A stretch of DNA of 64,000 nt, taken from positions 62,001 to 126,000 of the forward strand of contig JAQGDQ010000596.1 of assembly GCA_030141605.1 (NCBI GenBank). The letters are read 5' to 3'. Below the pieces are notes generated by a model, which did no database searches, was not told the DNA's origin, and saw nothing but the letters and a program-made list of their open reading frames with translations. This document shows, in pieces, positions 13,568-26,619 of the stretch. Source of the DNA: Tubiluchus corallicola (lineage: Eukaryota > Animalia > Priapulida). Each line of letters begins with the position of its first letter. Within the stretch, counting starts at the first letter, position 1. The position numbers were made by a program, and so were the translations under genes.

Positions 13568-14235
13568 ACATTTTACTACCCTTACCCACAAAATAAAGTA
13601 ATTTAAGCTTTTGCTTAGATACTGAACAGAGCTACGAATGTTCAGATTATTTTTACGCGATGTTATCTAAACTTGTTTCAAATGACTTACCCTCAAAATG
13701 GCTGCGCCTAACGTGAGTTTAAATTTACGAGTTTTATAAAGCGGTACCGCTAACGCAAGTTCTCTTGTGCTTTATAATATAATATGACTGGATATTATGC
13801 AATTAATTTTGTAATTAACTACGCTAAGCATCATAATTGGCATAATATTTAATTAAAATTTTAACATTACCTACTTTTAAATGTGTTTTTGTGTGTGAAA
13901 ATAAGTTTAATAAAATCTAAAAGTTGCTGTAGCTGGTACAAACACCTTCCCTGGTGCTGACTACCGACGCAGATTACTTTCACTTTCTTGTCGATTGATG
14001 GCGCCAGCTAACTAGACATTGTTTTGGTTGTCAAAGCAGCCAAATCTCAAATACATCTGAGGAGAAATTTCATAATAGCGCTTTACCGTATGTAGGAAAT
14101 AGTACTGGAGCTCAGAGTCTAAGTGAGGAATGTTAAACTGTTAATATCACCTGTAGTTCCATCTATAAAACTGAACTATTTGAAACTAATGTGATTACAG
14201 AATAGTATTTTATATATTACTTGTATTATACTAAG

Positions 14236-14329
14236 TATTGTATTGTATTGTATCGTATCGTATCGTATCGTATCGCATCGCATCGTATTGTATTGTATTG
14301 TATTGTGTTGTATTGTATTGTATTGTATT
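14236..14329. repeat. (TATTG/TATCG)n pentanucleotide microsatellite
   Basis: Direct inspection. Confidence 0.93.
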
Positions 14330-17300
14330 AAGTAATAAATTAATCTTATAATTCTTATAATGCATATACACAGATTAACCACGTTTAGATCGCATTATAA
14401 TAGAATCGTCAGTCTGGTATCGTGACCATTGCATTGGTCGTGAATTATTTCATGTTGGTGCTGCCATCCGCCGCTGATTTTTGTCAATAAACTCAGCTGA
14501 ATTACGTCAGGCTATTTGTTCTGCCTCTTTAGTGCTTGCCTTGGTATAATGGGTGTATCATCTTCGGAGAATACTTTGCTCTATTTTTTATGTAGAATGT
14601 TACCACTACAAGCTGGAAACCTTACGGCTTATCCCACGCGCCGGAATTTACAGGAATTTTGACCTCTTTCACACGTTAGCTTTTAGAAAATCTTTTTTCT
14701 TTTTCGTCTATGGATTTATGAAATCAAAAACTTACATTTTTACGTGAAATAAGATCAACTTTATCGATATTTGAACTTCAGCTAAGTTCGGTTCACCACA
14801 CGCGCATGCGCTGAGGATTTAGTCAGCTAAATTGCGACCTGTCACTTAAACATTTCAAAAATAATGATGGTTTTTTTTTTTAGTATCACCTTCTTGTGTT
14901 TGCAGTACACCTCTTGAAACAAACAAAAAAATTTCTGAATTGGTGGAACTGAATTGTGAATAATTATTAAGAAGTAATAGGTTCATTACTCCCTATTTAG
15001 AGTGGCAAGTGAACACCCTTGATCCTGATAGACGTGCCTTTACAATTGATTGTTAGATATTTTATCCTTTCTTCTATCTAGTAACATGTCTGATAGGGAT
15101 GCTAGCTCCCTATCAGTTAAAGTCGGCGTGCTTTTCAGTTAAAATTAAACGATGATAAATCAGAATTTCTTTTAATTTAATCTAAACATCAGCTTTCAAA
15201 GATTGATGTCAATTGCATAAATGCATTTCAGTTTTCCGCGAGCTTTCGTCTTTCATGGACTTGTCAGACGTAAGGTAGAGACTAGAGATACAATAATAAA
15301 AATCATGGATAAAACTACATATAAAGTGTAAGTATACAATGACATTAAAATGAGAGATACGAAATTCACTATGCAACGGTATTAAAAGCTGAACAAGAAA
15401 CATTATAATTATCAATTTAAAAAAATGAAACGAAATTGAAACAGACAAACATATCTGAAATCTACTTGTATAACGATTTTGTCAACGATTTTCGCGCCTT
15501 CAGATTTCGTGCCATTTGTCTTGGATCACTCTCTCAATGGGTTTTAAACAGTGGGTATTATAGACCGTTTGAGTATATGGGAACGTTTTGGTTGCCAGTA
15601 GTGTGTGTGAGAATATATTTACATTGTTTTTTCTTGCTAGTTATTTGATTTGCTAATGTTAGTGTACCTGAACCTTAACTTGTTCGTCTCAAGACTGGGG
15701 CAATGATGTAAGTAATAATTATATTTAGTTAAATAATTTGAACTTGATGTTTAGTAGCTTGAAACGTAATTAGAATGTGTGGCAGGAAATGTAATTAGTC
15801 TAGAAAAGGTTTCAGTTGATTTAGTGCTACAGAACATTGGCAGTATGTATTACTTTCTGTATTTTCCATTACGACAGCTTCATTTTCATATTGTAAGTTT
15901 CAGTATGTCAGACAATAGCACATTTGCTTTAAATTTTCTGGGTAATTTGTTTCTTGTTATTCTTAATTTGTTTTTTTTTATTTAGAATAAACAGCTATGC
16001 AACCCATGATGTTTTCTTGTATCCATTACAGCCGGTATTGTATCTACCTCCGTGAAGTCCGTAAAGGACGAAAGTTCCTGTGAAAAAGAAAAATTTTAGA
16101 GACTTAATTGTCTTCTTTACGATTATGACCACGGCAAGTCTCCGAAAAGTACTATCTTATTTTCAGGGATAGATTATCAGAAACGTACACCTGTCATACT
16201 AATTTTAAAGAAATTTTTGCATAATTTAAAGCTCTGATATTCACTTGAAACACTATGCTCAAATTTTATCGAGTGTAATTTCGTTTCAAATTGACGCTGC
16301 TAAACCGCAATTTTGAAAAGTATAAGGTTTATTATTGAGATGAATAAAGTCATCATTATCGTATTGAGTTTCAGACAAACATACGATCAGTTATCATGTT
16401 TTGTCAGATCATTAGTAAAATCCGGAAAATCAAAGTTACTGAGCCTGTCATTATTAATAAATAGTCCATTTATATTTCAGTGACAGATAATAAGAGAACT
16501 GTTAATTCGTCGCATAAAAACTGAGAACGAAAACAGTAAAATTAATGTTTTTGCGTTATATATGCACTCGTCATAGTGGATTATTAGAGTTATTTAAAAA
16601 CAAAAACTATTTTAACTTGCGATTAGATCGTGAAATACGTGTACTAGTAATATATATAATTGTACTGATCATAAAGCATAGATTTGTAACAGTCACATGT
16701 GGAGTATTGAGGCGTGGCACATGAATGATAGTAGTAGGATTGAGTAGAGCTTCTCTCGTTGATCACTGGAGTGTTCGGTTTGAAGGAAGTCAGTAAAATA
16801 AATTAGAAGATTAAAGGTGATACAGTGTAGAACCCTTGCAATCGATTTCACCGTTTGCCCATACAAGTGGAGAGGAGAGCGAGTTACCACAGGTGGTACA
16901 ACAACGCATACCCTCAGTCAAAGATGTTTACAACATTAAACAATACTAGCTTGCTCCAGCATGCATACACCAAATGATTTCATTAGGGAGGACAGATTTT
17001 TTTACTAATTAGTAAACACGGATATTTAGCTCGATTAAGCACCCTGTATTTATTTTTTCGAGAAAACAGTCAGCTACTCCCTATTACTATTTACTGCAAT
17101 AAACTCGACGTGAATTTTTGAGAAGAAACGCGGTGCACTGTAACTTGTAAAAATTAATCAGTCTGAAACGCTAAAAACGTGTGCCGTCTGCAGCCGTAGT
17201 GCATGGTCTGTTTTTTTCAATAATTTTATTTGTGACATTTGTAACTCAGCGCTTGCTTTGTAAATAAAATATCAACTATATTACTAGGTTTCCTTCTTGT

Positions 17301-17698
17301 GCACTTAACCTACAAATTAATTATTCAACTGACTGTCCTTAATTTAGTTGACCAAAGAGTATAATACATCAAGGTCCCTAGTAATACTAATAATTGTAAT
17401 ATACTGTAAGGTATTGGATGATATTCCACTGTCATTAGATTTTTTAACATTCCTGGGCCTTAGTTGTATGTGTTTCGCTTTGCCCGTCTTGTCAGTGACC
17501 CTGGTGATGTTGCACTGTGTCAAACCTGCCTACTTTAAAATTTTGCCCTAAATTTCGCCCAATTATGAAGGGACGATGAGGTAGTTTTAATGCCGCCTAT
17601 ATAATTATAAATAATTGTGCTTACATGCTATGTTATATGCTTTATCTAATATTTCCTTGTTTCAGTATGTATCGCTTTTTAGCTAAATGGTAACAAAA

Positions 17699-17753
17699 AT
17701 GCGGAATTCATCAGTCCTAAAGAAATTGACTTCAATGACGATTGGCATGAGAG
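17699..17753 (+). CDS. GT32 glycosyltransferase, predicted first coding exon (MRNSSVLKKLTSMTIGMR-G)
   Basis: Acceptor TTTCAG ends 17665; ATG 17699; phase-1 donor GAG|GTTTGT at 17754 joins in frame to the phase-1 acceptor at 18916 and gives a short basic cytoplasmic tail before the TM segment. Confidence 0.6.
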
Positions 17754-18916
17754 GTTTGTATAATGAAAAACTTAATAACTTATTTTTGTGACGTGGGACT
17801 TTTTTGTGACTTGGTTGACGTGAGACGGTAAAATGATAGAAATTGAATATCTGTTACAATATCTAATTGAATATCTATTAGAGTATCAAAAAAGAATTGC
17901 AGATGAATTGTATTTGAAGCTGTTATGGTAAATGTACCAAGCTGCATTGAATTAACATTTTATAGATTAATGGTGTGTAAGTTAACTAGATTATACCAAC
18001 GACACTTGACTTATTGGGCGTTCATGAGTATTGCAAAAATTAATCAGTCTCTTGTAGTCCTCTGCATCACATTTTGAACTATGTGTAAGGCTTTTATGAT
18101 TTTTAACATACTTTGTTGATATTTTATCTGTTTTCAATTTCTTTTGCCAATTTTGATACCCTAAGCACGTGCTTAGTTTGCTTATGCGTTAATTCGGCTC
18201 AGCCAGCAACGGATTAAAGTTTGTTAGTGCCCTAAGCACACTCTGCATCTGGTGCCGTGGCTCTCTCCTTTGCCCCGCGTCAGTTCGTGCAAGTTTTGTG
18301 ATTCAGAATTTACGTACTATGTGACACAAATCATGCGACATTGTTATGTAAAACAAGCTGCATTGCTCTATGCTGTATAGGATTTATGACACTTAAATTT
18401 TTTTTACTTCAAAACTAAATTTAAATTAAATAGGTCAGCTACTACAAAAAGGTTAGATGCTTCAGATAAAGCTAGCATGAGCTAAGTGCTGACAGTAAGC
18501 TGAGGCTGTGTATATTTTGAGTAACGTATTATCAAGGGACATTTGTCTACTTTTACTTTCTCATAAAATTCTGTAATTTTAATTGATATGAAGATTCATA
18601 TCAACCTATATTATTCTGTTTTGTGCAAAGATTATATTCCCTTATTTAGTTCGCATATTACTGATAAAATTGTCAATTTTAAACTTCTTAAGAACAATTA
18701 TTTAATATTTAGTATCCCACAACATAAAACATAGCATAGATGTTATCAGACAGTGACAAATTAATCTGTGTGATTTTGCAAATTTGACCTTCTTTGTTGC
18801 ACTCGTGTTATTACATGCTGTCATAATTTTGCTGTCACGGTTGTATTCAACGAGTCAGGTGCAGTCGTATGAATTTGAAATATCTTTTGGTTTGCAATAC
18901 TGTTTACAATTTTCAG

Positions 18917-19842
18917 GTATTGCAAGCTCCACTTGTCTCTGGACCACTTTTGTAGGTGCTACTCCTTTAATTCTTTTGTACAATTTTTGGATATCCAGTT
19001 ATGAAACCACTACAGTGAACAAGACACTCGGCTCAGAGCCACAGCGTACTCAACCAACATTTCTAGTCCCTAACATAGTCCATTTCATTCGGTTTAACCA
19101 GCCGAACATAACATTTGTGGACATGGTCTGCATCAAGTCGGCATTAGAGGTCATTCAGCCGCAAAAGCTTTTCATTCATTGTGATGTTCCACCGACAGGA
19201 AGGTACTGGGACATGATAAAGAATCACAAGGCCATCAAAGTGGTCGTGCGCGAAAAACCTACCCACATATTCGGACGTCCGATAGGAAATCACCTTCAGC
19301 ATGTCTCAGATGTGGCACGATTGGAAATATTGATGGAGCAAGGTGGCATTTATTTCGATAACGACGTGTACGTAATTAAACCCTTTGACAAATTTAGAAA
19401 GCATACTTTCACGGTCGGATGGTCGACACAGGACAATGTAATGAGTAATGCAATGGGTAATATGATTCTAGTCAGTGCGCGAGATGCACCATTTTTACTT
19501 GAGTATTATGACACGTATCACATGTTCAATAATTCCAAGTGGTATTTCAATGCAGGGGAGCTACCGGCTAATGAGATCCTGTCGAGAAAGCCAGGTATAG
19601 CTAACTGTGTTTCTAATGACGTATTTAGCATAACTACAGACAATGCTCGTTCAGTTTTTAACAGTAATGTAGACTGGCATGATCGATGGCACGCTGTGCA
19701 TCTGCAGTATCGGTCAAAGCCACGATTCCTTCCGCTCGATCCGCTCGAGGAATACGACCCGCAGAACATAAAAAAGCTGGAGACTACCTTTGGGCAGATG
19801 TTAAGATATACCTTCTATGGAACTAAAGACTTCGTCGACTGA
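18917..19842 (+). CDS. Glycosyltransferase family 32 (DXD motif, alpha-1,4-GlcNAc/Gal transferase-like), main coding exon; about 326 aa with exon 1
   Basis: Motifs VPNIVHFI, CIKSA and HVSDVARLEILMEQGGIYFDNDVYV (DxD) typical of Gly_transf_sug proteins; hydrophobic signal anchor CLWTTFVGATPLILLYNFWI; acceptor TTTTCAG|G at 18916; stop TGA at 19840-19842. Confidence 0.88.
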
Positions 19843-20138
19843 GCGATCGTTCTCGTTACAAGTCAGCTGACGATACACTGGCACAAAGCAACAAGGTGTT
19901 ACGCAAACAGTACGGAACAATTTATTGTATGAAAAGTTTGCTTAAACGACAGAGAAACGTATCACGTCTTCAAAGTTTAGTATGAAAGCCCCATACACAT
20001 ATCACACAGCTTGCAATCTTGAAGGGCATGATCCGAGCAGTGACTTGAAAATTCTGAGACTAATTTTTTCGATTAAAGTGAATGGCCGGCAAAGTCGCTG
20101 GACATCAAAGACACTGAAGTTCTCCAAAAGGACAGAAT

Positions 20139-20650
20139 CAGTGCCGGTTCCTCTATAAGTACTGTGAAACTGCAGCACCCCCTATTTTCACTTGATATTA
20201 TCGATAATATTCATTGTAACAAGTCTTTACTTCTTTCTTTATACTTGTATGGAACCAGAGAACGTGAGGGTAGTACTGTTTGCTTCACAGTCCAGTACAG
20301 TGCGCTCCAGCAATGCGGTTTAATGGCTGTTGTGCGCATGCGGACAAGCACACGTGTGAGATAACACGCTGTGCACTGCTAGCGTCTGCAAGGTAGAGAA
20401 AAGACTGTTGCTCACACAGTTTGTTGTCAGTTGCCACGTGCTTAAAACAATGGTACATTCTTCAACTGCAGCAACAATCCAATTGGTTTAGGATTTTATC
20501 GAGTTTATGTATAAATTTTCTTATGTTTGCTTGTTTGAAACTGCGAATTCAAATTACTACATGTTTGTTTTGCTTCACTCAATATTAAAACAATGGCTAA
20601 AAACTTCGTGAAGCAGCACGCCTAGTAATTTTATGTACAAGCCGCCGCTG
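20139..20650 (+). mobile_element. hAT-type MITE (CAGTGGCGGCT family), copy 1
   Basis: Ends CAGTGCCGGTT...AGCCGCCGCTG; 8-bp TSD GACAGAAT/GACAGAGT; internal match to 22339-22845 and to 62230-62710 (inverted). Confidence 0.85.
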
Positions 20651-21680
20651 GACAGAGTGGATGCTAAGATGGATAAAAAGAAGATGGCCATTGATCATTA
20701 TTCGACAGGTATACTTGTGAAAAATCTTGCAAGATGTGTGGAAGATCTTGAGTTCTTCAAATCATTGCTCCAATTATTTCTACACCTCTTCTCAACATTG
20801 CAGAAGCTGTGCAAGACACACGTGTGGCTTCACTGAATTTTGAGGGCAGGATAGATTCACTATCGTTTGGGATGTAATAAATTGATCTGTACTTTTACCT
20901 CGTTATTTTTGTACCACCCCCTAGCAATAGGTTATGACCATCCTGTATTGTTGCATCCACATTCCACAGCAAGAGTTGAAGCAAAATTGTAAAGAAAGAA
21001 GGAATTACATGATAACAATGCCTGAATGACTAGAAAAAAGATTTGTTAGGTAATGTAGCCTCATAGCAAAATAAAATAAGTGAAATAACTATTATTATAA
21101 TAATTATTATTACAGTAATAATAATAACTTAGATCATTTTATTACAAATTATAGAATTCCAACATTTTCACATAAGAAAATTAGCACTAATATTGCAATC
21201 CACTAAAATTACTATTAAAAAAACTAGTTTAGCTTTAATGTGCATCTCTGCAGGCAGTTGTTTTTTCTTATGTATAAAACTTATAAATTTCTTAGTAGTG
21301 GGAATAATAGTTTCTTATATAGTAAAAACACTGAATTGCGTAAACAGACGATATTTTCATCAGTGTTATTATCAGGAGTTTTTTAGCAGAAACCCAGTAA
21401 CCACCATCCGCCAAGCAAATTAGTGTACGCATTCAATACCAGCAGCAGTCTCAAGTCCCTCGACTAGCATCTTGTTCATATAATGCCCGCTGTACAAGGC
21501 TGCTACATGTCCAGCTTAGTCCTGGACACTGGCTAAACATTGTATAAAAGAATGCATGTCATCATGTTTTGATTACTTGCAAGCTGTACCTTACATTGTA
21601 TAATCACAACGAACACACCACGCACTGGGACGTAGTCATAACGGAAACCAACAAGAATACACGTGGGGTTTTTTCCACCA

Positions 21681-21891
21681 ACAAGAAGGGTGATATTTGC
21701 TTTTTTATTAGAATTGTTCAAGCAAATCCCAGCAAGAAGGATGACATTTGCTTGTTTATTAGAATCGTTCAAGCAAATCCAAGCAAGAAGGATGATATTT
21801 GCTTGTTTATTAGAATCGTTCAAGCAAATCCAAGCAAGAAGGATGATATTTGCTTGTTTATTAGAATCGTTCAAGCAAATCCAAGCAAGAA
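21681..21891. repeat. 51-bp tandem repeat, about 4 copies
   Basis: CAAGAAGGATGATATTTGCTTGTTTATTAGAATCGTTCAAGCAAATCCAAG unit; 17-aa periodicity in the overlapping ORFs. Confidence 0.93.
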
Positions 21892-22338
21892 ATACGTAAT
21901 TAATGAAAGAAAAATTATTAAATTAATCATTTGCGAATTAATGACTGAAATCAGTCACCTTTATCATGAACTTTTTGTTTGCATAATAGACATCTGTTGT
22001 ACTCAACTACATATACAAAAGACTGTAGGCCAACTACATTAAACATGTCCGTATGTAAAAAACATCTGAAACGTGTTTGAATTTGAAATGTCTGGAATAT
22101 GTTATAAAAACTTATTTATTCCCAATTTAAACCATCTAGAATAATTTGTAGACTGACTCTATGGTGAGTGTTAAAGAATAGTATTTTCTTAATTAAGATC
22201 TGCTGCCCTAATTCCCCATGCACAAAAAATACAATAATCTGAAATACCACTTTCCAAATGGATGGCTGAAAGGAGAATCACAGTATTTATAACAGTGGAA
22301 ACTAGTGTACAGTCTAAATCATGAAAAGTATTACTCTT

Positions 22339-22845
22339 CAGTGGCAGCATATGTATGGGAACTGTGGAACTGCAGCACCTCCCATTTTCACTCAATATTG
22401 CCGATAATATTCAACATAATAGGTCTTTTTTCCTTAATTCTTTCTTTATACATGTACGGAACCAGAGCACGTGAGGGAAGAACTGTTTGCTTAACAAGCC
22501 AGCATAGTGCGCTGAAGCCAACAACATGGTGGTTGGCTGTTGTGTGCAAACGTCTGAGCCCAGCTAGAAAAAGTATTGTCACTCACACAGTTTGTTGTCA
22601 GTTGTCACTTGCTTAGTGTGAATGGATCAAGCTTGAACTGTGACAATTTAGGCTATTAGTAAACAAAACATACTTTTTATTTAGGATTTTATTAAGTTCT
22701 TGTATAAATTATTGTATGTTTGTTTGTTTAAACTTACAATATTAAAATTACATACGTTTGTTTCATTTTACACAGTATTAAAACAATGGCTAAAAATTTT
22801 CTGAAGCAGTACCCCTATTAATATATTAGCTACAAGCCGCCATTG
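22339..22845 (+). mobile_element. hAT-type MITE (CAGTGGCGGCT family), copy 2
   Basis: Ends CAGTGGCAGCA...AGCCGCCATTG; degenerate 8-bp TSD TTACTCTT/ATATTCTT. Confidence 0.8.
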
Positions 22846-22891
22846 ATATTCTTAATAGAAATTATAAACAACCTGTCCAAAAGCATGATTA

Positions 22892-23869
22892 TCACCTATT
22901 ATTTGAACACTTTAGTTCATGTTGACTGAGCTTTTCTGAGCGAGCAAACGCTGTACCACACATGATACAGATATACGGTTTTTCACCCGTGTGAATGCGT
23001 TCATGTCTCTTGAGTACGAATGCTCTGGCAAAACACAAGTTGCACGTCTGGCAACGGTAACGTTTCACAACATTATGTTGCTGTTGTATCGTGCGCGGGC
23101 TTTTTGGAGTTACTTTGCACTTTTTTCGCACATTCGATGCATCCTTAATACGTGATCTTCTGAGGTATGTTCCACTACTTACGAGCCTCTGAGGAGGAAT
23201 AGAAGATGAGACTTGTGAGGATTTCATTTGTTGAAAATGTTTTAAATTTTCCGACATTGCAAATGAATTATCTAGTATGGCAAGAGAGAGATTCTTAGCT
23301 TCATCATTCCCTAAATTGCTAGTAGTGGGGTAATTTGCATGAATAACAACATCTGCATTAGTTTCATTTGACGTGAGAGTTGGTTGCACTTTGGGAAATG
23401 CAGATTCACTACATAAATTATTGGCATTCAACAATTTTCGGACACGCTTTTTATTATTGGGTTTTATATTTCTCGTTTGTAAAGCGTGAAATGGCACACT
23501 TGAAAATTTCACAGAATCCATCGAGTCCCAACAATTTCCTTCATAACCACTGCAAACAGAAGTCACCACCGCGCCACCTGCTGGCAAAATGTGTGACTCA
23601 ACATGTGAATCGAACTCCTGGGCAATATCTTCACCCGCAGGTTCACTGCACGCAGATTCGTCAAAACTGATATCTTCTGTTTTAATGGATACTACATCGT
23701 TTAGAACAATGCTGTTGTCTGAATCTGGATTCCCAGGATCATGTCCTTCACAGACGACGACTTTACAATGCCAGGTTCTGGTGTGGGCAAAAAATATGTC
23801 TTCCGTCATGAAATATTCAGAACAGCTTGTACATTTATAATAGCATGTTGAACTTGCCATTGCGATCAT
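22892..23869 (-). CDS. C2H2 zinc-finger protein (paralog A): isolated N-terminal finger, long linker, two C-terminal fingers
   Basis: 325-aa single-exon ORF; YYKCTSCSEYF..HTRTWHC at the N-terminus; CQTC..HERIH-TGEKPY-ICIMC..HELKC at the C-terminus; acceptor TTTTTTTCAG at 23921-23920; start could be M1 or M4. Confidence 0.88.
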   Translation of the reverse strand: MIAMASSTCYYKCTSCSEYFMTEDIFFAHTRTWHCKVVVCEGHDPGNPDSDNSIVLNDVVSIKTEDISFDESACSEPAGEDIAQEFDSHVESHILPAGGAVVTSVCSGYEGNCWDSMDSVKFSSVPFHALQTRNIKPNNKKRVRKLLNANNLCSESAFPKVQPTLTSNETNADVVIHANYPTTSNLGNDEAKNLSLAILDNSFAMSENLKHFQQMKSSQVSSSIPPQRLVSSGTYLRRSRIKDASNVRKKCKVTPKSPRTIQQQHNVVKRYRCQTCNLCFARAFVLKRHERIHTGEKPYICIMCGTAFARSEKLSQHELKCSNNR

Positions 23870-25281
23870 ATGTCTTTATATACAAGCAAAATTTCACGGA
23901 AACATCAATGACAGTGGAGCTGAAAAAAAGATTTTTATCAAATACGTACAAAACACAAGAAATTTTTAATAATATGAAGCTAGAATACAGAAAGAAGGAA
24001 TAATAGCTGTAAAAATTAAGTATTAATTTTGGTAATTCATAGCCCGTGACCGCTTGGGTTCGATACTCTTTCTGAGCGTTTTCATTCCTCACACTGTTTC
24101 TGGCTGTTAACTTCATAGGAGGATGTATATACAATGAAACATGGCTGACACATGTTCCTGTTCACTTATTAATATCTTCGGATACCCATGACAATGAGCT
24201 AGTGTCCAGTCTTGCCACAACTATCCATATTAGGGCCCTTTGCAGAAGGTAGTATTTAGGCTTATAGTGTGCCAAAGTGTACAAAAAATAATCAGCTACT
24301 ACAAGCTTGAAAAAAACAAATTTGCTTCAGCAAAAGGTTAGAAAGGGATAAAACCAGAGGTGGTAAAGACTCGTGTCATTAACTCGTACTTGAATGCACT
24401 TGAATGTGAGACACTCATGCTTAACTCAACATCCCTGCATACTGCCCTCTTGTCTCATCTGTCCTCCTCGCTGTGACGCAATTAACTGCGACGCAGCACA
24501 TGGTGCATGACAAGGCACATGGCAACCTATGTGTCAACACTATGTGAGACCTTTGTAAGCACAATTTTTAACTTTTGCTCAAACCAGACTTTAACTGTCC
24601 GTCATTTTAAAACAAATTTATTATTTTAAATCAGGTTTTTTAATTAAAATTATATGCTTATAGCACTATCAAATGAGCACATTTGCAGCTGTAGCGGCCT
24701 ACTCAATAATTTTTGTTCAGTCACCCTACCCTTGGCTTTGCTTGACAAACCAATCCCACGACGAGGCACTACAAAGCAAAGCAATACACAGTGATGTCGA
24801 GCAACATCCCACATAATGTTTCAATAAATCCAGCAAACAAAACAATATGTAACCAGATACTGGTGTTTTAATGGGCCCCAATCTATAATATCAAAATTTA
24901 TTTTCAGCAGTGCTACTGATAGCCTGATGATTTGTATTAATACATAAACTAAACTAAACAAGCCGCAACATAATCCTAGTATTGAGAGTGAGTTACAACG
25001 AAAAAGGAACTTTAGTTTTTAATACCGGGTATTGCATCAAACTGATTCTCAAAAGGAAATAATGCTAGTCATTTTCATCTTAAATTTCTTTTGCTAAAAA
25101 ATAACGACGCAATACGCGTAATCTTTTTTTTCAGTAACAAAGATTTTTGTTCGGTGCTTGGCTCTCTTTGTTCACGCCTCTGCCCTTGACAAAAATTTTA
25201 GTGAATTTACAATTTTTACGCACCAAAATAAATAATAATAACAATAATAATAGTTTCAATAACAGCAATAAGTTGTTTGGT

Positions 25282-25290
25282 ACTTCCGGT
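25282..25290. promoter_or_regulatory. ETS/GABP-type ACTTCCGGT motif between the divergent zinc-finger genes
   Basis: Exact match to a common housekeeping/bidirectional promoter element; single short motif only. Confidence 0.25.
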
Positions 25291-26619
25291 TTCTGTTCCC
25301 AGGTCGCAAATTAATTTCTTAATTTATGTACAGTACAGTGTACAGTCCAGACGCATTTGCCCAGAACAGTGTATGTTTAATTTCATATGAACTAACACTG
25401 ATTGTCTGTCTTGTATTATGATGGTCAATGTTTTAAAATGGCAAATAAAGATTTTACTACTACTACTACTACAGTGCTGCATGTATTATTAAAATTATTA
25501 TGCAATATGTGTGTATATATACATATATATATATCGACCACCAACTTCATAACAAAAAATTAAGCAAAACGTTTGAACTTAATTTCTGTCGTCTACTAAG
25601 TGCAATTAAGGCTGTCATATAGCAAAACGTGGTTCTAACCATAACAATAGTAGTCCTTGACCTATAACCATATGCTACACTTTGTAACAGAGTTGAAACA
25701 GCCTTCAGAGACGAATTTTTAATTGCTCTTAATTAGTAAATAAAAAAGATATCAACTATAATTGATATTTTAATGTTAAAAATATTCATAAGCACAAATG
25801 TGTAATCAAAACAGTTTTCCATCGAAACACGTTGCTAATATACAAGAAACGGAATGAGTATACACAGTCTTCGGGACATAGCCTCTTGATTCACTTGCCA
25901 TATATTTTTGACTGTTTTTTATTCAGATCATGGCAAACTTTATTTTAGTGGCACACACCAGTTCAAAGCAGTTCCACTTACATATAAATCTTGAAAAATT
26001 TGATTTAGCCTGAAATTTTATACCACTTAAGTTCTACCTTTTTGCATACAGGGCTTGTGTCAGCAGGAATGCTGTAAAAAGCATGTAAATTTAAACTCCT
26101 ACGGATGACTGTTAGATGCAGCCATTTTGACGATAAGTCATTTGGAACAAGTTTAGATAACAGTGAGTAAAGTTTACAAAAATAGAGCATTCGCAGTGCA
26201 CACACCACTAACTAAGTAAAACTTTAAAGTACTGTATCTTGTCATTAAGATTACAAATACATTTTTGGTTAGTGAGCAATATACTTTGGAGACTGAGTCT
26301 GTGACATTTTACCAATTACTGAAAACATTTTAAATAATTAATCATTTTCTTTTTCAGTTACATGAATCTTTCAAATAGGTAAGCAAAACGCTAAGTAATA
26401 TAACTTTGCATGGAAAGTTTTTTGGAATACAGTTTAACATTTTGTTTTCTTCCCCTAATGTACGCTGTGCATATATAACATCACGTAGTGATGCAGTCGG
26501 AACAGTATTGTGGAAGATTTAAAATGAAAACAAGCAAAAAAGCCTTTCAACGCGAGTATGATGCATGCGAAAGTGCTATAATCTTTCATAATCTTTCTCA
26601 ATAATTTCGGCTTCTTAAA

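Noticed and set aside
15090-15116. Palindrome CTGATAGGGA-TGCTAGC-TCCCTATCAG resembling tetO half-sites or a terminator
   Set aside because: Half-site arrangement differs from tetO and the context is animal DNA; an isolated hairpin with no supporting features.
18784-18916. TTG-initiated N-terminal extension of the glycosyltransferase ORF
   Set aside because: Non-ATG start; ends in a canonical acceptor, so interpreted as intron.
25760-26210. Possible additional LINE 3' remnant on the minus strand
   Set aside because: No recognisable motif strong enough to support a call.
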